Part shown: positions 1 through 9,176 of the stretch, piece after piece | How the letters are laid out: each line of letters begins with the position of its first letter | Position numbering within the stretch: position 1 is the first letter of the stretch | Origin: an uncultured bacterium | GTDB lineage: Bacteria > Krumholzibacteriota > Krumholzibacteriia > Krumholzibacteriales > Krumholzibacteriaceae | Direction of reading: 5' to 3' | Assembly: GCA_963786935.1 (NCBI GenBank) | Contig: CAWBAN010000001.1 | Location: 513,158-577,157, forward strand | DNA length: 64,000 nt | Made by a program: the position numbers and the translations under genes | The notes under the pieces: model-generated | Databases searched by the model: none | Seen by the model: the letters and a program-made list of their open reading frames with translations, nothing else | What the model was told of the DNA's origin: nothing

Positions 1-1
1 T

Positions 2-466
2 CCGGACGGCACGATCGAGGCGTTCACCTCGGCGGAGGCGTGGAAGGGGGATCTCTATCCGAGCTCGATCATCACGCCGCTCCCGTCTTCCGTGTGCGGG
101 AAGCTCGCCTGCGACAGAGCCGCCAACATGCTCTGGATCGGCACCTCGAACGGTCTCGCCCGATTCGACGTGACGCCGGCCGTCGAAGTGGCGGCGCCGC
201 TGTCGTCGATGATCCTCTACCCGAACCCCGTTCACATCTCGCGCGGCGACGCCGAGGTCAAGATATCGAAAATCTCGAATCCCGTTTCGATCCGCGTCTA
301 CACGATCGAGGGGGAGCTCGTGCACAGCGTCGACCGCGTCGTCGACGGCGGGCGGGCGTGGGATCTCCTCACGCTCAACGGATTCAAGGCGCGGTCCGGA
401 ATCTATATCGTGAAGGTGAGCGACGGTAGCTCGACCGAAAGCCGGAAGATCGCGATCATACGATGA
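2..466 (+). CDS. Secreted protein, 3' fragment (gene starts upstream of window) ending in a T9SS/FlgD-Ig-like C-terminal sorting domain
   Basis: Frame 2 is open from position 2 with no stop. The tail (ILYPNPVHI...IRVYTIEGELV...GIYIVKVSDGS) has the pattern of Por/T9SS C-terminal domains. The preceding NMLWIGTSNGLARFD resembles two-component-regulator propeller repeats. Confidence 0.5.
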   Translation, partial: PDGTIEAFTSAEAWKGDLYPSSIITPLPSSVCGKLACDRAANMLWIGTSNGLARFDVTPAVEVAAPLSSMILYPNPVHISRGDAEVKISKISNPVSIRVYTIEGELVHSVDRVVDGGRAWDLLTLNGFKARSGIYIVKVSDGSSTESRKIAIIR

Positions 467-1930
467 CCACGAGAGCACGCAGGAAAATCCTCATCGTCGG
501 AGCCGGCGAGGCCGCGCGCATGGTGGCCTCGGAGATCGCCGCGCATCGCGAGATCGGCGCCGACGTGATCGGATTTCTCGACGACAATCCCCGTCTCTCC
601 GGCCGGAAGATCCTCGGACGCCCCGTGCTCGGGAGGACGGTGGAGCTCGAGCGCATCGTGTCGCGCCGCGCCGTGGACGAGGTCATCATCGCGATCCCGA
701 GCGCCACGGGCTACTTCGTGCGATGCATGATCAAGCACTGCCGGAAGGCGGGGCTCCCGTTCAAGATCGTCCCCGGCGTCATGGAGATCCTCAAGGGGGA
801 CGTCCACATCGAGCAGATCAGGGACGTCAGGGTCGAGGATCTCATGGGACGGGAATCGGTCGATCTCGATCTCGAATCGGCGCGGAAGGCGCTCGCCGGC
901 AAGGCGGTGCTCGTCACGGGCGCGGGAGGCTCCATCGGGAGCGAGCTGTGCCGGCACATCGCGCGCGCGGCCCCGCGGCTCCTCATCCTGCTCGGGAGGG
1001 GGGGAGAACCGGATCTTCGACATCGAGGACGAGCTCCGGTCCTCCTATCCGCACATCGAGATTTCGTCCTTTATCAGCGATCTTCGAGACGCCGACCGGA
1101 CGATGCGCATCGTCCACGAGAGCGGGGCCGAGATCGTCTACCACGCGGCCGCGCACAAGCACGTCCATTACATGGAGCGGGATCCCGCCGAGGCGGTCGT
1201 CAACAACGTCGCGGGGAGCGTCAACCTCGTGCGCGCTGCCGAAGCGTGCGGCGTTTCCCGATTCGTGTTCATCTCGACGGACAAGGCAGCGAGCCCCCGG
1301 GGCGTCATGGGCGCGACGAAGCGTCTCATCGAGCTGTATCTGCGCTCCCGGTGCGCGGCCGGCGCTTCCTGCCGCTTCATCACGGTACGATTCGGCAACG
1401 TCATCGGGAGCACGGGGAGCGTCGTGCCGCTGTTTCTCAGGCAGATCCGGCGCGGCGGGCCCGTGACGGTGAGCGATCCGCGCGCGACCCGGTACTTCAT
1501 GACCGTGCGGGAAGCTGCCCTCCTCGTCATCAGGGCGTCGGTCCTCGGAAGAGGAGGGGAGACGTACATCCTCGACATGGGAGAGCCGCTCAATATCCTC
1601 GAAGTGGCGGAGGATCTCATCATCCTCGCCGGATACGAGCCGGAGACGGAGATCCCGATCGTCGTCACCGGACTGCGCGAAGGCGAGAAGCTCCACGAGC
1701 GGCTCGTCGCACGGGACGAGAAGCTCGAGCCGCTCGGCGAGGAGAAGATCCTCCTCGCCCGTCCGGCCGATCCGGTCCCCGACGGAATCGAGAAAGGGGT
1801 CGAACAGCTCATCGCGGTGGCGAGAAAAGGAAGGCAGGAGAAGGTGCTCCAGTGTCTCGCCGCGCTCGTCCCCGGATTCGGCGAGCCGGACGATGACCCG
1901 GACGGCCCGGACGCGGTACCTGCGCAATGA
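463..1930 (+). CDS. Polysaccharide biosynthesis protein, CapD/WbpM/PglF-like NAD-dependent nucleotide-sugar 4,6-dehydratase; reading frame interrupted by a +1 shift in a G-run near 994-1003
   Basis: The N-terminal part in frame 1 (KILIVGAGEAA...LVTGAGGSIGSELCRHI...LLILLGRG) continues in frame 2 (ENRIFDIEDEL...YHAAAHKHV...FISTDKAASP...GNVIGSTGSV). Together this is a typical CapD family sequence. The track splits it into ORFs 463..1896 and 1103..1930. Confidence 0.8.
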
Positions 1931-2896
1931 GGAGCCGGTGAAGGCGGATATCGAACATCGTCCCGATCGCGAGGAGCTCGACCGGTTCGTCGGCTCCATC
2001 CCCGGCGCGAACTTCTTCCATACGGCCGCGTGGCTCGACTCGCTCGAGGCGGCGTACGGCCGTTTCACGGCTCTGTGGCTCACCGCCCGCGAGGGGGAGC
2101 GCTCGCCGGCGTCATGCCGGCGGTGCGCATCGAGCGCGGACCGTTCTGGTCTCTCTGGTCGCTCCCGTTCGGGACGTACGGCGGACCGCTCGCGACGGAC
2201 GCGCGCGCGCGCGAGGCGCTCCTCGACCGGTTTTTCCGCCTCGCCGGCTCGCCGCGGTGCCTCGAGGCGGGAGCCGTTCTCTTCGGGGCCGAGCCGCCGG
2301 CGAGCCTTCCGCGGGGCCGCGCGATCGCCATGGAGGAATGCAGCCTTGTGTCGCTCGTGCACGGATTCGACGAGGTATGGAACAGGGGCTGGAGCGGCAA
2401 GCGCCGCCAGCTCGCGCGACGGGCGCTCGAAGCGGGCATCGCCGCGCGGAGCCTCGAAACGGAGGCGGAGGTGCGGATGTTCCACGCGATCTACGCGCGC
2501 GAGTCGCGCGCGTGGGGCGGTGTCCATCCGTATCCCGAGCGGCTCTTTCTCGAGCTCTTCGCCCGGCGCGGCGAGGGGGTCGTGTTCTGGGGCGCGTTCC
2601 TCGGCGAGGATCTCCTCGGCGGGCATATCGATTTCTATCGCGGCGAGATGGCGCAGGCGTGGCAGGGGGGGATGACGGAGCGGGCCCGCGGGTTCGAAAC
2701 GGGGACGATTCTCATCAAGAGCGCCATGGAAGAAGCCTGCCGGCGGGGCTGCCGCGTTTTCAACCTCGGGGCGAGCGGCGGGAACCGGGGCATTCTCTTT
2801 TTCAAGGAATCGCTCGGCGGACGCGAGCACCGCTACGCGATCGTCACGACGCGGAAGCGGTGGTGGGCGCTCGCGCGGGGAAGGAGCCCGACGTGA
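1893..2896 (+). CDS. FemAB-family (GNAT-fold) aminoacyl/acyl-transferase; frame interrupted near 2098-2103
   Basis: The N-terminus in frame 0 (EELDRFVGSIPGANFFHTAAWLDSLEAAYGRFTALWLTAREGER) matches the FemAB-family start. The rest in frame 2 (LAGVMPAVRIERGPFW...GGHIDFYRGEMAQAWQGGMTE...CRVFNLGASGGNRGILFFKESLGG) matches the FemAB/BioF2-like acetyltransferase C-half. Confidence 0.65.
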
Positions 2897-4413
2897 CCCG
2901 CTCGAAGATCGCCGAGAACACGATCTTTCTCACGGCGAGCGGCGCGGCGAGCGTCGTGTTCACGCTCGTTCAGCTCTCGATCCTGAGCCGCTTCCTCAGC
3001 GGAGACGACTTTGGGCTCTTCGTGACGCTCAGGGGATTCTCCCTCCTCCTCGGCGCCGCGATCCTTCTCGGTTTCCCGCAGGTCCTCGTGCGGTTCTTTC
3101 CCACGTACGAGGCGCGGGGCGAGCCTCGGCGCGCGATCGTCCTCTTCTTCCTCTCGAGCGCCGTCGTCGTCGCACTCGGCGCGGCGCTCTATTACACGGC
3201 GGGATTATGGGAGCGGCTCATGCCGCCCGGTCTCCACGGCCTCATCGCGTCGCGGTCGCTGCTGGCGTGGCTCGCGCTCTCCTCGGTGACGCTCGCCCTG
3301 AAGATGCTCCTCTACGGCGGATTCAGCGGATTCCGCGAGATGCGGCTCCAGATGCTCCTCGAGGTCGCGTATCTCGCGGTCTTCACCGCGTACATGGTCG
3401 TCGCGCGGGAGCGTCTGACCGTCGAGCTCCTCTTCGCGGCGATGTTCGCGCTCAACCTCGGCGTGTTCGCGGCGGGGATTCCCCTGCTCGTGAGGCGCTC
3501 GCGCTCGCGCGCCCGGCCGGCCGTCGCGGCGGCCGAGGGGGTTGTCGTGCCCACCTTCCTCTCGTACTGGGCCGGCTCCATCTGTCTCAGCGTCGTCGCG
3601 CTCGCGTTCACCGACGTCGACCGGTTCGTCATGTCCTCGGTGCTTCCGATGACGGCGATCTCGCTCTTTCACGTCGCCTCGCGCGTCGACGTTCTCCTGA
3701 AGCGGTTCCTCGGTCTCCCGATCCTCGCCGCGCAGCCGGAGATCACGCGGGTGTACGAGGAGGGGCGGTGGGGGGACATCGCGGGACGGATCGGGCTCTT
3801 CACGAAAGGGCTCGTCGCCGGAGCGCTCCTCTGCACGGCGCTCTTCGCCGTGATCGGCCGCGACGTGATCGTGCTGCTCTCGGGCGCCTCGTACGCCGCC
3901 TCGTACCGCATCCTGCTGATCCTGCTCCCGACCGTGCCGCTCGCCGCCGTGTCGGCGCCGCTCCTGGCGACCATGCGCTCGCTCCATTTCATGAAATGGG
4001 CGGTGCTCTGCGATTTCCTGTGGATGGCGGGATACTTCGGCACGTTCTTCCTCTTCGTCTCGGCGATGGGCGTCGAAGGCATGGCCGTCGCCCAGGTGCT
4101 CGCGTCGATCGTCCAGATGACGGCGGCGATTCTGCTCGCGAGGCGCGGCGGCTTCTTCGGCGGCGTCGGCTCGCGGAACGGCCGGCTCCTCGCCGTGCTC
4201 GCCGCGGTCACGGCGGCGGGCATGCTCGTGACGGCGCGCGTCCACCTGTACGCGTCGGTTGCGTTCGTCGCCGCCGCTCCCTTCGCCGCCCGCTTCATCA
4301 TCGCGCGGCTCGGCGTGTTCGAGCGGGAGGAGAAGGAGCAAATCATCGATCTCGTGAAAATCAGGACGGGAAGGAGGATCGCCGCGTGGATGCTCTCCGC
4401 GGCGGATCGCTGA
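2893..4413 (+). CDS. Wzx-like polysaccharide/O-unit flippase (MOP superfamily membrane protein)
   Basis: GTG at 2893 overlaps the upstream stop. The product is about 506 aa, highly hydrophobic, with about 12 predicted TM segments and the typical polysaccharide biosynthesis protein N-terminus (IAENTIFLTASGAASVVFTLVQLSILSRFL). The long ORF 2257..4413 in the track is an upstream open-frame extension. Confidence 0.75.
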   Translation: MTRSKIAENTIFLTASGAASVVFTLVQLSILSRFLSGDDFGLFVTLRGFSLLLGAAILLGFPQVLVRFFPTYEARGEPRRAIVLFFLSSAVVVALGAALYYTAGLWERLMPPGLHGLIASRSLLAWLALSSVTLALKMLLYGGFSGFREMRLQMLLEVAYLAVFTAYMVVARERLTVELLFAAMFALNLGVFAAGIPLLVRRSRSRARPAVAAAEGVVVPTFLSYWAGSICLSVVALAFTDVDRFVMSSVLPMTAISLFHVASRVDVLLKRFLGLPILAAQPEITRVYEEGRWGDIAGRIGLFTKGLVAGALLCTALFAVIGRDVIVLLSGASYAASYRILLILLPTVPLAAVSAPLLATMRSLHFMKWAVLCDFLWMAGYFGTFFLFVSAMGVEGMAVAQVLASIVQMTAAILLARRGGFFGGVGSRNGRLLAVLAAVTAAGMLVTARVHLYASVAFVAAAPFAARFIIARLGVFEREEKEQIIDLVKIRTGRRIAAWMLSAADR

Positions 4414-4416
4414 ACG

Positions 4417-5708
4417 TGCCGAGAATCCTCATGATCATCAATTTCTTTCCGCCCGCGGCGGGGGGCGGGGTGTACCGGCCCCTCTCCTTCGTGAAATACC
4501 TTTCCCGTTTCGGCTGGGACGTCACCGTCGTCACGCCGCGCCCCGGGGAGTTCTGGATCTCCGATCCGGAGCTCGAGCGGGAGATACCTCCCGGCGCGCG
4601 GGTCGTGCGGACCGGTTCCCTCTCGGGGCTTCGATTCCTGCGCTCGCTTCGCGGCGGCGCGGCGGCCGGATCCTCGCGCCGGTCCTCGAGCGGTTTCGCG
4701 GCGCTCAGGCGCCTCGGCGAATTCTTCCTCGTTCCCGACACCTACGTGGGCTGGGCGCCCTTCGCCGCGCGGGAGGCGGAGCGGCTCTGCCGCGAGGAGC
4801 GATTCGACGTCGTCTATTCGACGAGCCCGCCCGACAGCTCGCACCTCGCGGCGCGGCGCGCGGTCCGCGCGGCGGGAATCCCGTGGGTCGCCGACTGCAG
4901 GGATCCGTGGTTCAATCTCCGCCTGCGCCCGACGCCGACGCCGGTTCACCGGGCGCTCCACGAACGCCTCGAGCGCTCGGTTTCGCGCGCCGATCTCGTG
5001 CTCGTGACGACCGAGGCCCACGAACGCCTGCTCCGCGATCGGTATCCGTGGTGCAGGATCGAGCGCATTCCGAACGGATTCGACGAGGATGATTTCGCGG
5101 GAGAATCCGGCGCGCGGCCGCCCGCGGCCCCCTTCACGATCACGCACGGCGGGATGCTCACGCTCGGCCGCAGCACGCGGCCGTTCCTCGAGGGGCTCGC
5201 CGAATTCGCGCGGCGCGTTCCGGACGCGGCGGGCTCGGTCCGCGTCGTATTCATCGGACCGCGGGAGTCGGCGAACGAGGAGTGGGTGAAGCGATTCGGC
5301 CTCGAGGATTTCGTCTCGTTCGAGGACGCGATTCCGCACCGTTCGTGCGTCGCGCGCGAGACGAGGAGCCACGTGCTCCTCCTCATCAAGCACGACGACG
5401 AGCGATACCGGGGCCTCGTGCCGGGCAAGCTCTACGAGTACATCGGGGCGAAGCGTCCCATTCTCGCGGTCGGGCCGGAGGGGGAGGCTTCCCGCCTCGT
5501 GCGGGAGCTCCGGCGCGGAGAGACGCCCCGCATCGACCGGCCGGACGAGATCGCCGCGGCGATCGAGACGATGTACCGGCGCTGGCGCGACGGCACGCTC
5601 GAGCGCGCGTATCCGGTCGAAGACGTCCCGCGCTTCTCGCGGAGGGTCGAGGCGGAGCGGCTCGGCGGGCTGCTCGAGCGGCTGATCGGAGAGCGGGGGG
5701 CGCGATGA
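4417..5708 (+). CDS. Family 4 glycosyltransferase (GT4, GT-B fold)
   Basis: The N-terminus INFFPPAAGGGVYRPLSFVKYLSRFGWDVTVVT matches GT4. The C-half has the EX7E-like region (GKLYEYIGAKRPILAV). The gene lies inside the open frame 3207..5708 and starts at GTG 4417 or ATG 4429. Confidence 0.8.
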
Positions 5709-7225
5709 TTCGGAGCGATATCCGGAACGTGATCCTGGCCGCGGCGCTCTTCGCCGTGCTGCTCCTGCCGCTCCGGGACGCGATCGTCGACGACACGTAC
5801 ATTCACCTCCAGTACGCGACGAACCTCGCCGAGGCAGGGGAGCTGTCCTTCAACCGCGGGGAGCCGACGTACGGCGCCACGAGCCCGCTCTGGGTGGGGA
5901 TCCTCGCGCTGTCCGTGAAAGCGGGCGCCGATCCGCTCGTCGCGTGCCGGATTCTCGCCTGGCTCTTCGCCGTCGCCTCGATCGCGCTCGTCTACCGCAT
6001 CGCGTCGCGGGGTGAGGACGGCGCCTGGACGGCGGCGGCCGCCGCGTTCATACTCGCGGCGGAGGCGTGGTTCGTGCGATGGAGCGCCGTCGGCATGGAG
6101 ACCTCCTTCGCCGTGTTCATGACGCTCGTCGTCTTCGATCTCGCGCGCTGCGCGGCGCGGTCGGCGCGCCGTTCGGCGCTCCTCGGCGGGGCGCTCTTCC
6201 TCGCGGCGCTCTCGCGCCCCGAGGCGATCCTGCTCGTCCCGCTCGCGGCGTTCGCGCTGCTCTTCGCGCGGGGGACGCCGCGGCGATTCGCGTTTCTCCT
6301 CGTGTTCGTTCCGCTCTTCGCCGCGTGGCTCGTCGTGATCGAGCGGCACACGGGGACCATGTTTCCGCTCACCGCGGGAGCGAAGCAGGGCGCGATCGAT
6401 TTCTCCGCCGCGCTGTTCCGGCGCGCCGCGATTCCCGCGCGGATCATGGGGGCGACGCTCCTGCTCCCGTGGGCGGCTCTGCTCGCCGGCATCGCGGCGG
6501 GGCTGATCCGCCGCCGCTCGCTCGGCGCGTACCTCACGGAATCGGGGAGCCTGCGTGATGAGCCGGGAGCGCTCCTCATGCTGCTCTGGGCGTTCTCGCT
6601 CCCCGTCGCGTACGTCGCGCTCGATTTTCAGGTGCTCTCGCGGTATCTCGTGCCGGTCGTTCCGCCCGTGATCGTGCTCGGCCTCGCGGCGTGGCGGAAG
6701 CTCGTCGGCGCTCGGGCGGTGCGCGCCGGCGCGCGCCGGGCGGCGCTCGTCGCCTTCGCCGCGGTCGCCGTCGCGCAGAGCGTGCTCGTCTACGAGATCG
6801 CCGTCGTGCCGCCGACGCGCGCGTTCTCGGCGGCGCTCGAGACGACGCTCGCCGACATGGGGCGCTGGCTTGACCGGAACGCGCCACCGGACGCCCTCGT
6901 CGCCGCGCCCGATATCGGCGCCGTCGGGTATTACTCGCACCGCCGGATCCTCGACCTCGGCGGCCTCGTGACTCCCGAGATCAACCGCATGCGGCGCGGG
7001 ATCGACGTCGAGCGAATCATCGACGAGGGGATGTACCTCCGGTTCGGTCCGGATTACCTCGTCGACCGGCACCGGACGCCCGCGCGCTTCGCCGGACGGA
7101 TCATCGGCGGCGTCTCCTTCGAGCCGGTCATGCGGGGAGAGGCGCCCAATCTCGGCATCAGGAAGCCGGAGCCGGTGGTCTACGTGCTCTACCGGCTCGA
7201 GCGGGTCACGGAGGCGGGCGAATGA
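5705..7225 (+). CDS. GT-C fold membrane glycosyltransferase, ArnT/PMT-like (GT39/GT83 family)
   Basis: The N-terminus DDTYIHLQYATNLAEAGELSFNRGEPTYGATSPLW matches polyprenyl-phosphate-sugar-dependent glycosyltransferases. It is a multi-TM protein with a soluble C-terminal domain. ATG 5705 overlaps the upstream stop. Confidence 0.65.
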   Translation: MIRSDIRNVILAAALFAVLLLPLRDAIVDDTYIHLQYATNLAEAGELSFNRGEPTYGATSPLWVGILALSVKAGADPLVACRILAWLFAVASIALVYRIASRGEDGAWTAAAAAFILAAEAWFVRWSAVGMETSFAVFMTLVVFDLARCAARSARRSALLGGALFLAALSRPEAILLVPLAAFALLFARGTPRRFAFLLVFVPLFAAWLVVIERHTGTMFPLTAGAKQGAIDFSAALFRRAAIPARIMGATLLLPWAALLAGIAAGLIRRRSLGAYLTESGSLRDEPGALLMLLWAFSLPVAYVALDFQVLSRYLVPVVPPVIVLGLAAWRKLVGARAVRAGARRAALVAFAAVAVAQSVLVYEIAVVPPTRAFSAALETTLADMGRWLDRNAPPDALVAAPDIGAVGYYSHRRILDLGGLVTPEINRMRRGIDVERIIDEGMYLRFGPDYLVDRHRTPARFAGRIIGGVSFEPVMRGEAPNLGIRKPEPVVYVLYRLERVTEAGE

Positions 7226-8070
7226 CGGATACCCGCGGCACGAACGCCCGGCGGGGCGGGGGAGGAGCGGCAGCCGCCGAGCCCGTCATCCCGGCGGGGA
7301 TCCCCGCCGATCGGTTCCCCGACCTGCTGCGCAACTGGTTTCTCGGCTCCCGCGCGCGGTCTCACCTGAGCAGGAGGCGCTACCGTGAGATCACGGGCAT
7401 GCTTCGTGGAACGCCGCGCGGGCGCGCCCTCGACGCGGGGTGCGGGTGGGGATACAATCTCTTCCTCCTCGCGCGCGAGGGAATGGAGCCGTTCGGCATC
7501 GACATCGTGCAGAACGATTTTCTCGCGGCGAGAATGATCGCCGAAGCGAACGGCTACGAACCGCTGCTCGCCGGCGCGGACGTGAGCGCCCTCCCGTTCG
7601 CGGCTGACTCGTTCGCCGCGGTCGCCGCCGTCGAAACATTCGAGCACATCTTCGAGCCGGATCGCGCGGGCGCCGCCCGCGAAGCGTGGCGCGTGCTCGA
7701 GCCGGGAGGGGCGCTCGCGATCTCGACGCCGAACTACTACTCGATCGTCGAAACGGGAAAGCGCGTGATCGTCAGATGGGGCTTCCTCAAGCGTCTATTC
7801 CCGACGATGTGCTATCCGGCCGGAATCGTGAAGCGGGAGGATTACCATCCGTACCGCTATCACCGGCCCACGCCGCCCCGCGAGATCGTCAGGCTGTTCG
7901 AGGCGGCCGGATTCCGCGTCGAGCGTACGCGGACGATCATATTCATATGGAAGAACGTGCCCGATTTTCTCTTTCCGGTCGCGCGATTCTGCGAGTCGAT
8001 TCTCGAGCGCACGCCCCTCGTGAAGAACCTCGCCAGCACGCTCGTCGTGCTCGCGAGAAAGCCGTCCTGA
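7222..8070 (+). CDS. Class I SAM-dependent methyltransferase
   Basis: The SAM motif I LDAGCGWGYN and the Methyltransf_11-like spacing (ADSFAAVAAVETFEHIFEP...LEPGGALAIS) are present. ATGA start/stop overlap with the upstream gene. Confidence 0.8.
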   Translation: MTDTRGTNARRGGGGAAAAEPVIPAGIPADRFPDLLRNWFLGSRARSHLSRRRYREITGMLRGTPRGRALDAGCGWGYNLFLLAREGMEPFGIDIVQNDFLAARMIAEANGYEPLLAGADVSALPFAADSFAAVAAVETFEHIFEPDRAGAAREAWRVLEPGGALAISTPNYYSIVETGKRVIVRWGFLKRLFPTMCYPAGIVKREDYHPYRYHRPTPPREIVRLFEAAGFRVERTRTIIFIWKNVPDFLFPVARFCESILERTPLVKNLASTLVVLARKPS

Positions 8071-8097
8071 ATCCCGGGGAAGAAGTGGGGAAATCAT

Positions 8098-8127
8098 GTC
8101 GAGATGAACGCTCGACTGAATTTTTTT
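8098..8127 (+). terminator. Possible rho-independent terminator after the polysaccharide locus
   Basis: The stem GTCGAG/CTCGAC with a 7-nt loop is followed by TGAATTTTTTT. The stem is short. Confidence 0.35.
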
Positions 8128-8153
8128 CATTTCCCTGTGGGCATAGCAGCTAA

Positions 8154-8182
8154 CCCTATTTTTATTAATAAGTTATAAATTG
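8154..8182 (+). promoter_or_regulatory. AT-rich promoter-like motif CCCTATTTTTATTAATAAGTTATAAATTG (copy 1 of a repeated element)
   Basis: A strong AT island inside a ~70% GC genome. It contains TATAAAT. A near-identical motif occurs at 37474..37499. Confidence 0.4.
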
Positions 8183-8202
8183 CAGAAAAGAGTGTTCCCC
8201 GC

Positions 8203-8235
8203 GACTTTCCTATTGACATGGTGGGAGAAAGTGGG
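8203..8235 (+). promoter_or_regulatory. dcw promoter region: TTGACA hexamer followed by three direct GTGGG repeats at 10-bp spacing (MraZ operator)
   Basis: TTGACA is at 8203-8208. GTGGG is at 8211, 8221 and 8231, which is the same arrangement as the MraZ binding repeats of E. coli and Firmicutes. It lies about 95 bp upstream of mraZ. Confidence 0.6.
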
Positions 8236-8328
8236 TTAGTGTGGGACCACGCTTTACTTTTAAGCGCTCTCAGATGCAGGGATAGGCAGTAGGGCTCTCG
8301 AAATCACGGTCAAGGCAGCGGTCGAGAA

Positions 8329-8778
8329 ATGGCGGAGAAACCCAACAGAAAATTCATCGGCATGTTCCCCTGCACGCTCGACGCCAAGTCGCGGCTGACG
8401 ATTCCGTCGAAGTTCCGCGAGCTCGTTCCCGGCGAGGAGGGCTCCAAGATCCTCGTCATCAGCCGCGGCAAGGAGCGCTGCCTGTATCTGTTCACTCCCG
8501 ACTATTTCGACTGGATCATCGACCAGCTCGGGCTCCTGCCGCCGGGACCGCAGCAGCGGAACCTGATCCGGTATTACAGCAGCGAGTCGGAGCATCTCAA
8601 GGTCGACAAGGTCGGCCGGGTGCAGATGAGCGCGCGCCATCTCGAATCGTTCGGTCTCGCGAAGAACGTCGTCGTCGTCGGCGGCCTCACCCATATGGAA
8701 GTGTGGAAGCCCGAGGAGTACGAAAAGATCATGGAGTCCGCGGACGACGCGTATCACAACGGGGAATGGCAACTGTAG
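8329..8778 (+). CDS. mraZ: Transcriptional regulator MraZ
   Basis: Two MraZ/SpoVT-AbrB-like repeats are present (FPCTLDAKSRLTIPSKFRE ... VDKVGRVQMSARHLESFGL). The true start may be the internal ATG at 8362 (MFPCTLD). Confidence 0.9.
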   Translation: MAEKPNRKFIGMFPCTLDAKSRLTIPSKFRELVPGEEGSKILVISRGKERCLYLFTPDYFDWIIDQLGLLPPGPQQRNLIRYYSSESEHLKVDKVGRVQMSARHLESFGLAKNVVVVGGLTHMEVWKPEEYEKIMESADDAYHNGEWQL

Positions 8779-8790
8779 GACGGTGAGCGC

Positions 8791-9168
8791 ATGAAGATCT
8801 ACCGGAGCGACAAGGGAGGCATCGGGCTGTGGAAGCTCTCCGGAACGGTGGAGCGTGACGATGCCGTTATGCTGCTCAGCTCGCTCAGGGATTTGCGGGA
8901 ATCGAGCCGCGGGTGCTTCATCCTCGATTTTGAAAGGGTCAAGCACGTCGACTACCGCGCCTTCAACGTTCTCGAGGACGGCTACCCCGAGGGGGCCCGC
9001 GTGATCCTGAGCGGATTCAGCGATTACGTGCTCAATATCTTCGCGTTCGTGACGAGAGGGGGCGTGTTCCCCGTCTACACCGATTGGCGGAAGGCCCTCA
9101 GGCATCTCGTCGTCGAGCGCGGGAAGCTCGGCACCCCCATCCCCGCGGGCTCCGCGGGAAGCGAGTGA
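8791..9168 (+). CDS. STAS-domain protein (anti-sigma-factor-antagonist-like) inserted between mraZ and rsmH
   Basis: The pattern follows SpoIIAA-type STAS (ILDFERVKHVDYRAFNVL ... GARVILSGFSDYVLNIFAF ... FPVYTDWRKAL). The usual phosphorylatable Ser is replaced by YRAF. It is tightly spaced within the operon. Confidence 0.55.
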   Translation: MKIYRSDKGGIGLWKLSGTVERDDAVMLLSSLRDLRESSRGCFILDFERVKHVDYRAFNVLEDGYPEGARVILSGFSDYVLNIFAFVTRGGVFPVYTDWRKALRHLVVERGKLGTPIPAGSAGSE

Positions 9169-9176
9169 TATGAGGA

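Noticed and set aside
403-7072. Many long minus-strand ORFs overlapping the plus-strand polysaccharide genes (e.g. 403..1023, 983..2830, 3205..4341, 3669..5393, 5432..7072)
   Set aside because: Their products are Arg/Pro/Glu/Asp-rich low-complexity sequences, typical of antisense frames in 70% GC DNA. The plus-strand frames give clear family matches.
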